From: a bacterium
Lineage (GTDB): Bacteria; UBA8248
Assembly (NCBI GenBank): GCA_965221655.1
Contig: OZ244906.1
Coordinates: 173,339 to 237,338 of the forward strand
DNA length: 64,000 nucleotides
Direction: 5' to 3'
Part shown: in pieces, positions 10,836 through 20,334 of the stretch
Numbering within the stretch: position 1 is the stretch's first letter
How the letters are laid out: the number at the start of each line of letters is the position of its first letter
Made by a program: the position numbers and the translations under genes
The notes under the pieces: generated by a model
What the model was told of the DNA's origin: nothing
The model's input: only the letters and a program-made list of their open reading frames with translations
The model's database searches: none

Positions 10836-11108
10836 ATGGCAGCAACGACCTACGACGAGATGTTCGAAGAGGCTCTCCACGTCGTCAAGAACCGCTTTTT
10901 GCTCTCTGTGCTGCTCGCCAAGCGGGTGGCGCAGCTCAGGCGCGGAGCGGAGCCGCTGGTGTTTTCCCACCCCCACGAGACGCCCGAGCAGGTCGTGTTC
11001 CGCGAGATAATCGAGGAGAAGCTCGAGTGGCGCAAGACGGCGTCGGAGTTCGACATGGAGGAGATGGGCCAAAGCCTTGATAGCGGGGGGTTTGACGACG
11101 AGGCTTGA
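10836..11108 (+). CDS. rpoZ: DNA-directed RNA polymerase subunit omega
   Basis: 90-aa protein with KNRFLLSVLLAKRVAQLRRGAEPLV, matching the RpoZ core signature (NRF..V..AA.RARQL..G..P). Ribosome-binding site AGGAGG. Confidence 0.75.
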   Translation: MAATTYDEMFEEALHVVKNRFLLSVLLAKRVAQLRRGAEPLVFSHPHETPEQVVFREIIEEKLEWRKTASEFDMEEMGQSLDSGGFDDEA

Positions 11109-11121
11109 GCCGCCTCTACGG

Positions 11122-11158
11122 CCGCCGTCCGCTGCGCCGGGCGGCGGTTTTTTTTATC
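11122..11158. terminator. Bidirectional rho-independent terminator between rpoZ (+) and the aminotransferase gene (-)
   Basis: GCCGCC-gtccgctgcgccg-GGCGGCGG followed by TTTTTTTTA. Confidence 0.55.
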
Positions 11159-12305
11159 GGCTTGCGAGAAACGCGCCCACCCGCTCCAGCCCCGCCTCGA
11201 TGTTCTCGATGGAATTGCAGTAGGAGAAGCGCAGAAAGCCCTGGCCCGCCGGGCCGAAGTCCGGCCCCGGAGCGATGGCCACGCCGGTGGCGTCGAGAAT
11301 CTCGCGGGCGAGCGCCAGGCTGTCCGCCGCGTGTGCGCGCGCGTCGGCAAAGGCGTAGAACGCCCCCGTCGGCTCGTGCAGCATTTTGAGGCCGATGCCC
11401 TCGAGCCGCGCGAGCATGACCTTGCGCCTCTCGTCATACATCGCGCGCATGCGCTCGGCCTCGGGCACGCCTTCGCGCAGGGCGGCTATCGCCGCGTGCT
11501 GGACGAAGGAGTTGGGCGAGACGAAGTAGTTTTGCTGCAGTATCTCGAGCGTGCGGACGTATGCCTCGGGTGCGATGACGTAGCCGACGCGCCAGCCCGT
11601 CATGGCGAAATACTTGGAAAACCCGTTGATGACAAAACAATCCTGCGTGAACTCGAGCGCGGTGTGCTCCTCCCCGGCGTAGTTGAGGCCGTGGTATATC
11701 TCATCGGACACGATGGTCCTGCCCAGCCCGGCCAGGCTTTCCAGCTCCCCTGCGGAGAGCGACGCCCCCGTGGGGTTCGAGGGGGAGTTCAGGAGGATGG
11801 CGCGGGTCTTCTCGGTGATGAACCCGCGCGCCGCCTCAGCCTCCATGGCGAAGCCCCGCTCCGCGCGCGTGGGCACGCGCACGGGCTTGCCCAGGGCCGA
11901 GAGGATGAAGGCGGGGTAGCAGGCGTAGTGCGGATCGGTGATGAGCACCTCATCCCCCGCCTCTAAGAGTGCGGAGAAGAGCATCAACAGGGCGGGGCTG
12001 GTGCCGTTCGTCACCATGACGCGCGCGGGCGATACCTCCACCCCGTATTTTTCGCCGTAATGCTCTGCAATCGCCTCGCGCAGCGCGGGAATCCCCAGCG
12101 CTGCTGTGTAGTGGGTGTGGCCCGCGCGCAGGGCCTCTTCCGCGGCGCGGAGGACGACCTCGGGGGTGTCGAAGTCGGGTTCGCCGACTTCTAGGTGAAT
12201 CACCTCCCGGCCGGCGGCCTCGAGGCGATGGGCGCGCTTCATGATGTCCATCACCAAAAAGGGCTTGATGCCCGCGACGCGCGCGGGCACTGCATATTCC
12301 GCCAT
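11154..12305 (-). CDS. Pyridoxal-phosphate-dependent class I/II aminotransferase (aspartate aminotransferase-like)
   Basis: SKYFAMTGWRVGY lysine motif and an N-terminal GEPDFDTP-type region. Probable start MAEYAVPARVAGIKPF... (12305). The ORF could extend to 12356. Confidence 0.85.
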   Translation of the reverse strand: MAEYAVPARVAGIKPFLVMDIMKRAHRLEAAGREVIHLEVGEPDFDTPEVVLRAAEEALRAGHTHYTAALGIPALREAIAEHYGEKYGVEVSPARVMVTNGTSPALLMLFSALLEAGDEVLITDPHYACYPAFILSALGKPVRVPTRAERGFAMEAEAARGFITEKTRAILLNSPSNPTGASLSAGELESLAGLGRTIVSDEIYHGLNYAGEEHTALEFTQDCFVINGFSKYFAMTGWRVGYVIAPEAYVRTLEILQQNYFVSPNSFVQHAAIAALREGVPEAERMRAMYDERRKVMLARLEGIGLKMLHEPTGAFYAFADARAHAADSLALAREILDATGVAIAPGPDFGPAGQGFLRFSYCNSIENIEAGLERVGAFLASR

Positions 12306-12502
12306 CTCGGTCGGGCTCCGGGGACTTCGGGTGTGCGGGCGCTTGCTCAGTGGCAAGGCTAGTGATAAAGTTTCCGAAATTCAAGAAGCCTCCGCAATAT
12401 ATCGACAAACTGCCGGTGGACGAACCAGAGGATTCTCGCTTCGCATCTCGTGGAGGTTCGCTTCGTCTCGCGTGAGGCGCCGCCAAAGGGGGAGGGATTC
12501 CC

Positions 12503-12796
12503 ATGACGAAGATCGACATCATCAACCTCGTCTCGGAAGACACCGGCCTCAGCAAGGTGAAGGCGGGTGAGGCCGTCGAGACGATTATCGACACCATCAA
12601 GGAATCGCTCGAGGCGGGCGAATCCGTCATTCTCAGGCGCTTCGGTTCCTTTCAGGTGCGCAACAAGAACGCGCGCGTGGGCCGCAACCCCAAGACGGGC
12701 GAGGAGGCTCCCATCTACGCGCGCAAGGTCGTGCGCTTCAAGGCGGGCAACCACTTCAAGGAAGCGGTGAACGGCGCGGAGGTGAGCTTCTACTGA
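12503..12796 (+). CDS. HU/IHF-family nucleoid-associated DNA-binding protein
   Basis: 97 aa with ...RRFGSFQVRNKNARVGRNPKTGEEAPIYARKVVRFKAG, the HU/IHF beta-arm signature. Ribosome-binding site GGGGGAGGGA. Confidence 0.85.
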   Translation: MTKIDIINLVSEDTGLSKVKAGEAVETIIDTIKESLEAGESVILRRFGSFQVRNKNARVGRNPKTGEEAPIYARKVVRFKAGNHFKEAVNGAEVSFY

Positions 12797-12800
12797 AGCG

Positions 12801-13829
12801 CTAGTCGATCAGCACGGCGTCCCCGTAGGAGTAGAAACGATACCCCTCCCGCACCGCCTCGGCGTAGGCGCGCAGCACGTTCTCCCTGCCTGCGAACGCC
12901 GAGACGAGCATGAGCAGGGTCGAGCGCGGCAGGTGGAAGTTCGTGAGCATGGCGTCCACCACCTGGAAGCGAAACCCGGGCCGGATGAACAGGCCGGCGC
13001 GAAACTCCCCCGTTTTAAGCAGATGCCCCTCCGCGGCCTGGATGCGCGCGGATTCGAGCGTGCGCACCACCGTCGTCCCCACGGCGAGCACGCGGCCGCC
13101 ATGCGCCCTGGTCTCCTCGACGGCGCGTGCGGTCTCCTCGGGCAGGATGCAGCGCTCCGACTCCATCTTGTGGTCTTCTAAGTCTTGCGCCCGCACGGGC
13201 GTGAAGGTGCCCGCCCCCACGTGGAGGGTGAGGCGGGCGAGGCGCGCCCCTGTGCCGCGGATGGCGCCGAGCAGCTCCTCGCTCAGGTGCAGGCCCGCCG
13301 TCGGTGCGGCCACGGCCCCCGGACGCTCGGCGAAGACGGTCTGGTAACGCTCGCGGTCGACGGCCTCGGCCCTTCTGCCGAGGTAGGGCGGAATCGGCAT
13401 CTCGCCCGCGGATTCGAGCCACGCGGGCAGACCCTCGGCGGATTCGAACGCGATTTCGCGCTCCCGGCCCGGCGGCCCGAGGACGGCGCGGCGATTCGGT
13501 ACGAAAAGAATCGTCTCGCCCTCGGCGAGGGGGCGATTCGCGCGCACCATGGCGCGGAATTTGTGTGCGGTGAGCCTCTCGAGCAACAAAACCTCAACCC
13601 CGCCGCCGCTCTCGCGCCTGCCCCGAATGCGCCAGGGGTTTACCCGCGTATCGTTCACGACCAGCAAATCGCCCGCGCGCAGCAGTGCGGGCAGGTCGGT
13701 TATCCCGAGGTGGGAGAGCGGCCCGCCCGCGCGGGGCAGGCGCAGGAGCCGCGCGTCCTCGCGCCGGGGCGGCGGGTAGCGGGCGATGCGGTCCTCAGGC
13801 AGATGGAAGTCGAAGTCGTCGAGGTTCAT
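12801..13829 (-). CDS. queA: S-adenosylmethionine:tRNA ribosyltransferase-isomerase
   Basis: MNLDDFDFHLPEDRIARYPP..., PIPPYLGR and GTTVVRTLES motifs. The true start is the M at residue 137 of the listed ORF (position 13829). The upstream 136 residues are spurious. Confidence 0.85.
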   Translation of the reverse strand: MNLDDFDFHLPEDRIARYPPPRREDARLLRLPRAGGPLSHLGITDLPALLRAGDLLVVNDTRVNPWRIRGRRESGGGVEVLLLERLTAHKFRAMVRANRPLAEGETILFVPNRRAVLGPPGREREIAFESAEGLPAWLESAGEMPIPPYLGRRAEAVDRERYQTVFAERPGAVAAPTAGLHLSEELLGAIRGTGARLARLTLHVGAGTFTPVRAQDLEDHKMESERCILPEETARAVEETRAHGGRVLAVGTTVVRTLESARIQAAEGHLLKTGEFRAGLFIRPGFRFQVVDAMLTNFHLPRSTLLMLVSAFAGRENVLRAYAEAVREGYRFYSYGDAVLID

Positions 13830-14644
13830 GCGTTCGGCGGGAGGTTTTGCCCCTCCTCCGCAGGGGGCGGGCCGGCGTTTTCGGCAGCGTCGGGGTGGAG
13901 GAGCTTCCAGATTGCCTGACGCAGTACGCCGCGCATCACCCGCACCTCGCGCTCGCTGGGTCCCAGCCTGTCGAGCATGCCGCGGAAGGTGCGCGCCACG
14001 CGCGCAGGGTCGTTGTGGGGCACGAAGCCGATGCGCTCCATCGATTCGAGCAGATGATCCACCAAACCCTCTATCTCCTCGCGCGCGGCGGCCTCTTCCG
14101 CCGCCGCCGGGAGCTCGCGGGGCCGGGCCGCCGCCTGGTTCGCGCAGAAAATCTCCCACAAGACGACGAGCACGGCCTGGGAGAGATTGAACGACTCCCC
14201 GCCGGGCAGTGCGGGAATGAGGAGCCGCTCCTGGCACAGGTCCATCTCCTCGGTGAACAGCCCCTTGTCCTCCTGGCCGAAGACGAGGGCGACCCTGGCG
14301 GCGCCTGCGCGCGCGAGCAAGGCGGGGGCGTCCTCTCTCGCGCGCATGGTGGGCTGGCGCTTTCTGCCCAGGCGCCTCGAGGTGCCCACCAGCCAGCCGC
14401 AGTCGCGCGTCGCCGCACGCAGGTCGACAAAGTGTTTCGCCCCCAGAAGGAGGGGCTGCGCGCCCATGGCCATGGAGCGCGCCTCCACGCTCTTCACGTC
14501 GCAGTGGGGGGCGACGACGCGGAGATCCGACACCCCGAAGTGCGACATCACGCGGGCGATGGCGCCCACGTTGCGCGCCCCCCGCGGGCGCACGAGGACG
14601 ACGGCGAAATCGGTCGTCGCATCCAAAGAGAGAGGTTCGTCCAT
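13826..14644 (-). CDS. SpoU/TrmH-family RNA 2'-O-methyltransferase
   Basis: MDEPLSLDATTDFAVVLVRPRGARNVGAIARVM... and a C-terminal LIPALPGGESFNLSQAVLVVLWEI SPOUT-knot region. The stop overlaps the queA start by 4 nt. Confidence 0.75.
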   Translation of the reverse strand: MDEPLSLDATTDFAVVLVRPRGARNVGAIARVMSHFGVSDLRVVAPHCDVKSVEARSMAMGAQPLLLGAKHFVDLRAATRDCGWLVGTSRRLGRKRQPTMRAREDAPALLARAGAARVALVFGQEDKGLFTEEMDLCQERLLIPALPGGESFNLSQAVLVVLWEIFCANQAAARPRELPAAAEEAAAREEIEGLVDHLLESMERIGFVPHNDPARVARTFRGMLDRLGPSEREVRVMRGVLRQAIWKLLHPDAAENAGPPPAEEGQNLPPNA

Positions 14645-14857
14645 TGCGTAGGGCCGGGGCGTCGTGGGAACGGGAACCGTGCTCGCCCGCGCGCGGGAAG
14701 CGTTCTTTCTATAGCACGAACGGCGTGGCCTGTCATAAACGAACCGCAGTCTTGCCCGGAGGTTTTGCCCGGAGCGGGCGCGCCGCCTGGTGCGCCGGGA
14801 AAATTTCCGCCGCCGCCCCGTGCGGTGCGGTGCGCTTTGGCGTAAGATGGCCCCGCC

Positions 14858-15250
14858 ATGACGAACGACATGACCCGAACCTTCGAACGCGGAAACCTGC
14901 ACGAGCTGGCCGCCTTTTTGGTGACGCCCGCCCGTTCGGGCATACTCCTCACGCGCACCCGCATCCGCACGCTCGCGGAGGAGATGGGCCTGCGCGCAGG
15001 CGTGCAGAACCGCGCCAGAATGCTGGAGAACCTCTTTCGGGAGGCGGGTTCGGAGAACCGGGTGGAGGAGTTGCTCGAGCGCGTGGACGCCCTCGCCGCG
15101 CGCAGCCTCGCCCAGTACCGCGACTGGTCGAAGGCGTGCCCGCCCGCGCGCGGTGCGTGGCGCCCGTGGCGCCAGAAGACGCGGGCGTTGCGGCGCCACC
15201 TCGCACAGGCCCGCAACTGGGCGCACGACGCGCAGCAAGACGCTTCGTAG
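14858..15250 (+). CDS. Hypothetical small helical protein (weak call)
   Basis: 130-aa ORF in the intergenic region between the trmH-like and torD-like genes. No recognisable ribosome-binding site. Composition is plausible but unsupported. Confidence 0.3.
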   Translation: MTNDMTRTFERGNLHELAAFLVTPARSGILLTRTRIRTLAEEMGLRAGVQNRARMLENLFREAGSENRVEELLERVDALAARSLAQYRDWSKACPPARGAWRPWRQKTRALRRHLAQARNWAHDAQQDAS

Positions 15251-15289
15251 CTCCCGATACGGGGGCGTCCGCCCTGCCGAAGTTACTTC

Positions 15290-15922
15290 TTAGAGCAGCC
15301 CCGCCACGTATTTTCTGTCCGAGAAGGCGAATTCGCGTATCCACTTCGCCAGTGCGCGGTAGAGGTGCGTTTGGGCGTCTTCTTCCACGCCCGCGGTATA
15401 GAGGGGCATCCACCGCATGAGGTGTTGATCCATAAACTCCGCGGCGGCGGAGAGTTTTTCGCGCGCGGAGTCTGCGCTCTCCTCCCAGGCCAGGGCTTCT
15501 TCGTCCGCGAGACAGGCGAGGAATTCGAGCTCCACGCTCAGATGGTCCATCGCCAGAATGCTGGGGTGGTCGAGACCCGCGCTGCCCCGCCCGGGGTTGT
15601 AGCCGTTCGCCCGGTAGAAGTCGGCCACTGCGTCGGTCGTCTTCGCGTTCAGGTGGCCGCTCTCGTCGATGAGCGCCGCTTCGTAGGGGGGCGAGGAGAG
15701 GACGAAGAGGTTCGTGAAGTCCACCCGCATCTCCCGGAGCGAGGTTTCTGAAACCGCAAAACCCTCGGGAAGCAGGAAGGGGTAGTTCTCACCCAGGAAC
15801 GCGGCGAGTTCCGCGTCTGGCGGATCGAGCATCGCGCAGGCTTGGACCCGGTAGAGTTGCGCGCGCAGCCTGGCCTGTTCGGCGCATTGCGCGGCAGAGG
15901 GGCGCCGCCTCCAGGGGTTCAT
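15290..15922 (-). CDS. TorD/DmsD-family molybdoenzyme maturation chaperone
   Basis: ...YEAALIDESGHLNAKTTDAVADFYRANGY...LSVELEFLACLADEE... The ATG overlaps the stop of the upstream oxidoreductase gene (ATGA). The remainder of the 791-aa ORF 15290..17665 is antisense artefact. Confidence 0.7.
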   Translation of the reverse strand: MNPWRRRPSAAQCAEQARLRAQLYRVQACAMLDPPDAELAAFLGENYPFLLPEGFAVSETSLREMRVDFTNLFVLSSPPYEAALIDESGHLNAKTTDAVADFYRANGYNPGRGSAGLDHPSILAMDHLSVELEFLACLADEEALAWEESADSAREKLSAAAEFMDQHLMRWMPLYTAGVEEDAQTHLYRALAKWIREFAFSDRKYVAGLL

Positions 15923-18795
15923 TCGGAGATGGTGTAGGCCTCGGCCCGCGGCTTGTTCGGCCGCGCGAACCACAGGGGCCGCCGCAGGTTGTCGGGGCCG
16001 GGAGCGGGCCGGGTCATCTCGAGCCACTGCTTGTAGTGCGCAAAGCTCTTCTTCGTGTCCACGCTGATGTCGCCGTAGCGATCCGCAGCCCCCGCCCTTG
16101 TTACGCGCACCTTCTGGTGCCAGCAGTGCATTCCGCTCACCGGGTCGGGGTTGACCGGGAAGGTGAGGTTCTGGTTCACGCCCACCTCGCGCCACCAGAT
16201 GCGCTCGGTGTCGGGGTCGTCGCTGCGGAAGGGCTGGACGCCGTGCACCTGGCGCATGGCGTATTCGCCCTCGGCCTTCTCCTCGATGCGCACGACGGCG
16301 GAGGCGATTCTGGGCGCACCCCGATCCTCGCTGAGGCGCCAGCGCCCCAGGTGGTGGGCCATGGCGACGATGCCGGGCCGCACCCCCTCGGTAACCCAGC
16401 ACCTGGTGACGAAGTGGCCTATCGCCGTCTCGACCTTTGCCAAATCGCCCGTGCGCAGCCCGAGGCGCTTCGCGTCGTCGGTGTGTATCCACAGCGGGTT
16501 GTTGTGGGTGATCTCGTAGAGCCACTTTACCGCCGAGCGCGTGTGGATGAGGGTGGCGAGGCGGTAGTTCGGCAACAGGTCGAACTCGTTCTCGTCGCGG
16601 TTCATGTCGCGCCAGTAGACGTGGGTCTTCATGTATTGGGGCGTGGCCGCCTCGGGCCAGTTCCAGGCTTCCATGGTGGGGCTGTAGAACTCGAGCTTTT
16701 TGGACGGCGTCGGGAAGCCCACCCTCGCCTTGCCCTTGCTCATGTTGCCGATGAGGGCGCCTTCTTTCCAGACGCCGCCTGTCGCCTCGTCCACCTCGGC
16801 GCCTTCCATCTGCTCGCCCGATACCTCGTGCATGTGGGGTTCGTAGACGTTTTCCTGCACGGCGAAAACCCCGTACTTGCGCATGTAATCGAGCGGCGTG
16901 AGCCCCTCCTTGGCGGCGGCTTCGGGAAGGCCCGGCACGCCGTTTTCGAACATCCATTGGTAATACTCGGTAACGGTAATCTTCTCGCCCGGCCTGTAGG
17001 GACTCTCGAAATACCGGCGGATGCCGAGCGAGCCGTCGGGGTCGATGCGCCAGGAGAGCTCGATGTGGAGTTCGTCCTCCTCCCAGACCTCGCCGGGGTT
17101 CGTCTCGCGCGAGGTCTCGAAGGTCTCTCCCATTCTCTCGCGCAGGGAGCGGAGGACAGGCTGGCGGAAGCCCACCCACTTCGTGGGGTGCGTCTCCTGG
17201 CTCTGGTTGTCGTGGCGCTCGGTCGCGTTGCCCATGGGCAGAATGTAGTCGGCGAACCAGGCCGTCTCGCTCCAGGTGGGGGTGAGGGCCACGTGGCAGC
17301 CGATCTTGTCGTGATCCTTGAGCATGTCCACCCACATGAAGCCGTCGGGGTTCGTCCACACCGGGTTGTAGACCCGCGTGAAGTAGACGTCGACGCTGTG
17401 GCCCTTGTCCTTGACGAGGTGGGGCATCAAAAAGCTCATCTCGAAAAACGCGAGGGGGTATTCCCGCGGGAAGAGGAGCTCGTTCCACTCCTCGGGGCCG
17501 GGTGCGGGGTTGGGGTGTTTGGGCACGAACTTGTGCGTGCTCGCCAGGTGGGTGCCGCCCACGGTGCCCACCGCCCCGGTGAGGGAGGGGAGGAAGTGCA
17601 GGCATCGCCCCACCTGCCAGCCGTGGAGGTTGCCCGTGGCGGCCGCGCGCCAGACGTGGACGCACAGACGGCTGCCCGCGCGGGCGACGACCTGGGCGAC
17701 CTCGGCGATGAGGTCTGCGTCGACGCCCGTCTCCTCGGCCGCGTAGGCGAAGGTGAACTCCGCGTATTCTTCCTTGAGCTTCTCGATAAAATTCTCGAAC
17801 GTGGCCTCTTCATCCGGATGGAGGGCGCGCATGTATTCGCCCCAGTTCATCCACTCCTCGACGAACTGCGCGTCGAACTGACCCGTCTCCAGCAGGTAGC
17901 GGACGATGGCGAGCAGAATCGCGCTCTCGGTTCCGCTGTAGGCGGGGAGCCAGTAGTCGGCCTTCGCCGCCGTGTTCGAGAGCCTGGGGTCGATGACGAT
18001 GAGTTTCGCCCCGCTGGTTTGCGCCTCGATGATGCGCTGGGCCGAGGGGTTGTAGTAGTGGCCGGTGTCTAGATGGCTGCTGATGAGCAAAATGGCGTCG
18101 GCGTTGGTGAAATCAGGCGAGGGCCTGTCCGAGCCGTTCCACAGGAACTGGCCGATGCGCGCGGAGGAGCTGCACACGTTCGTGTGGCTGTTGTGGCCGT
18201 CCACGCCCCAGCCCGCCAGCGTGCGGAACATGTAGCCGTCCTCGCCGGGGCGCCCCACGTGGTAGATGACGCCGTTGCGGCGGTCCGCGAGTATCGCCTC
18301 GCGGATGCGGCCTGCGATGTCGTCGAGCGCCTCGTCCCAGCTCACGCGCTCCCACTGGCCGCCGCCGCGTTCGCCCACCCTCTTGAGGGGATGGAAGATG
18401 CGGTCGGGGTCGTAGACCTGGTTGAGCGTAACCCAGCCCTTCGCGCAGTTGCGCCCGCGCGAGGCGGGGTGGAGCGGGTTGCCCTCGATTTTGCGGATCT
18501 TCATGTCGTCCTTGTCGACGTAGGCCAAGAGCCCGCAGCCCGCCTCGCAGTTGAAGCACAGCGTGGGGACGAGGGCGTAGTTGCGCGCCACGCGCCGGGG
18601 CCACTCGGTGCTCTCGTATTCCGTCCAGTGGTCCCACTTGTCCGGGCTCGGATAGGAGACCAGCGCGCCGTTCGTGTTCGTGTAGTCGAGCTGACCCGCC
18701 GGGGCCGGGGGCGGGGCTTTGGCCAGCAGGTCGGGACGACCCAGCGAGGCGACGTCGCGCGCTCCCTTGCCGACTTGGAGATGGCTTGTGCTCAT
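15919..18795 (-). CDS. Molybdopterin oxidoreductase catalytic subunit (MopB/DMSO-reductase superfamily), no Tat signal
   Basis: 958 aa. N-terminal [4Fe-4S] motif CFNCEAGCGLL...C. MopB domain signatures are present throughout. The N-terminus MSTSHLQVGKGARD... lacks an RRxFLK motif. Confidence 0.9.
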   Translation of the reverse strand: MSTSHLQVGKGARDVASLGRPDLLAKAPPPAPAGQLDYTNTNGALVSYPSPDKWDHWTEYESTEWPRRVARNYALVPTLCFNCEAGCGLLAYVDKDDMKIRKIEGNPLHPASRGRNCAKGWVTLNQVYDPDRIFHPLKRVGERGGGQWERVSWDEALDDIAGRIREAILADRRNGVIYHVGRPGEDGYMFRTLAGWGVDGHNSHTNVCSSSARIGQFLWNGSDRPSPDFTNADAILLISSHLDTGHYYNPSAQRIIEAQTSGAKLIVIDPRLSNTAAKADYWLPAYSGTESAILLAIVRYLLETGQFDAQFVEEWMNWGEYMRALHPDEEATFENFIEKLKEEYAEFTFAYAAEETGVDADLIAEVAQVVARAGSRLCVHVWRAAATGNLHGWQVGRCLHFLPSLTGAVGTVGGTHLASTHKFVPKHPNPAPGPEEWNELLFPREYPLAFFEMSFLMPHLVKDKGHSVDVYFTRVYNPVWTNPDGFMWVDMLKDHDKIGCHVALTPTWSETAWFADYILPMGNATERHDNQSQETHPTKWVGFRQPVLRSLRERMGETFETSRETNPGEVWEEDELHIELSWRIDPDGSLGIRRYFESPYRPGEKITVTEYYQWMFENGVPGLPEAAAKEGLTPLDYMRKYGVFAVQENVYEPHMHEVSGEQMEGAEVDEATGGVWKEGALIGNMSKGKARVGFPTPSKKLEFYSPTMEAWNWPEAATPQYMKTHVYWRDMNRDENEFDLLPNYRLATLIHTRSAVKWLYEITHNNPLWIHTDDAKRLGLRTGDLAKVETAIGHFVTRCWVTEGVRPGIVAMAHHLGRWRLSEDRGAPRIASAVVRIEEKAEGEYAMRQVHGVQPFRSDDPDTERIWWREVGVNQNLTFPVNPDPVSGMHCWHQKVRVTRAGAADRYGDISVDTKKSFAHYKQWLEMTRPAPGPDNLRRPLWFARPNKPRAEAYTISE

Positions 18796-18813
18796 GTTCT
18801 CAAAACCCCCCGG

Positions 18814-20334
18814 TTACGAAAGGGGAACGGCCTGGCCGGCCTTCACCCAGATTTTGTCCCACACGTAGGCGCCCGCGGTGGCGAGCACCCCCGCCAGCAC
18901 CGCGCCGTAGCCGCCGAAGCCGAAGAGCCACAACAGGGCGAGGGGCAAAACGCATCCCGCGCCGACGGCGCCCCTCCAGAAATCATCGCTGAACGGCCCG
19001 GTGCGCAGCAGGTCTATCGCCCGCTCGTGGGCCACCGAGCCGAAGCGGTGCACCAGCACCGAGAACACCAGAATCGCCAGGTGCAGCACGAGGAGAACGG
19101 CCAGCAGCCCGCCCAGCACGTTCAGGGCGGCGGCCTGCTGCGCGACGGGGAAGAGCGTGGCGAACAGAATCAGTATGGCGACGCCCTTCAGGCCCGACTG
19201 CACGCCGACGTCGAGCGTGTTCTCGCTGCCCTTCCACAAATCCCGCGCCGACGCCTGGGCGAAGAAAAAGCCCGTGTATATCGAGGAGAGAACCCCCATG
19301 GCGATGGTGGGCCACAGGATGAGGCGCAACAGGCCCGTCGCCCCCGCCATCGCCCCCAGCAGCCACAGGAGGGTGAGGACGCCGTTGAGGGCGATGAACC
19401 ACGTGCCCCACGCCATCCAGCTGCCCCAGTTCGAGCGCAGAAGAATGTAGTAGAACCGCTCGGGCCGCTTGAGATCGGCGATGAGCACCGCTCCCGTAAC
19501 CGCGAGGAGGATGCCGCTCAGCGCGGGCATCCAGAACGAGAACAAAGAGCTCGTGAACCCGAACGCCCACAGAAAGAGGCTCACGACCAGAAGGCCCGTG
19601 CTCGCTCCCTTGGTCATGAGGTAGGTGATGATTTTCGTCTCCCACGGCACGTGGTGAAAGGTGTCGTAGACGGTGCGGCTCTCGCCCGGCTTGTTCTCCC
19701 ACTCGGGGACAGCGTCCTCGCGCTGGGCGTCCATCTCGCCTTGCTTGTAGATGCCCGACTGGCCCGCCTCGGTGGGGTCGAGCAACTGGCGGCTGCCCTC
19801 CAGGTAGTAGATGTTGGGCGCCGTGTTGTACTCGGGCTTGCGCACGTGGTAGGGGCGCTGGGTGGTGAGGCGCGAGATTTTCGAGTCCGCGTCCTCTACG
19901 TCGCCGAACACGCGGCACTGCGTGGGGCAGACGACCACGCAGGCGGGCTCGAGGCCGGCCTCGAGGCGGTTCGCGCAGAAGTTGCACTTCTCGGCCGTCA
20001 GCGTGTCGGGGTCGATGAAGAGCTGGTCGTAGGGACACGCCGCGATGCAGGACTTACACCCGATGCACCAGTCCGCATCCAGATCGACGATGCCGTCGCT
20101 GCGGCGGAAAAGCGCCTTGGTCGGGCAGATGTTCTGGCAGGGCGCGTCGTCGCACTGGTTGCACAAGACGGGCAGGAACTCCCGCCGCGTGCGGGGGAAC
20201 GAACCCTTTTCGACTTCTTTTACCCAGCATCGCCAGACGCCGATGGGGATTTCGTGCTCGGATTTACAGGCGATCGTGCAGGCGTGGCAACCGATGCAGG
20301 ATTCCAGGTCGATTGCCATGGCGTATTTGGTCAT
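18814..20334 (-). CDS. 4x[4Fe-4S] ferredoxin-type subunit (PsrB/NrfC-like) fused to an NrfD/PsrC-like integral membrane anchor
   Basis: N-terminal half carries CIGCHACTIAC, CNQCDDAPC, CIGCKSCIAAC and CNFC...C cluster motifs. The C-terminal ~250 aa is hydrophobic with multiple predicted helices. Ribosome-binding site GAGGA. Confidence 0.85.
   Translation of the reverse strand: MTKYAMAIDLESCIGCHACTIACKSEHEIPIGVWRCWVKEVEKGSFPRTRREFLPVLCNQCDDAPCQNICPTKALFRRSDGIVDLDADWCIGCKSCIAACPYDQLFIDPDTLTAEKCNFCANRLEAGLEPACVVVCPTQCRVFGDVEDADSKISRLTTQRPYHVRKPEYNTAPNIYYLEGSRQLLDPTEAGQSGIYKQGEMDAQREDAVPEWENKPGESRTVYDTFHHVPWETKIITYLMTKGASTGLLVVSLFLWAFGFTSSLFSFWMPALSGILLAVTGAVLIADLKRPERFYYILLRSNWGSWMAWGTWFIALNGVLTLLWLLGAMAGATGLLRLILWPTIAMGVLSSIYTGFFFAQASARDLWKGSENTLDVGVQSGLKGVAILILFATLFPVAQQAAALNVLGGLLAVLLVLHLAILVFSVLVHRFGSVAHERAIDLLRTGPFSDDFWRGAVGAGCVLPLALLWLFGFGGYGAVLAGVLATAGAYVWDKIWVKAGQAVPLS

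Noticed and set aside
15290-17665. N-terminal ~580 aa of the 791-aa minus-strand ORF
   Set aside because: Only the last 210 aa (TorD-like) are real. The upstream part is an out-of-frame read-through overlapping the MopB gene, with Arg/Pro/Gly-rich sequence.
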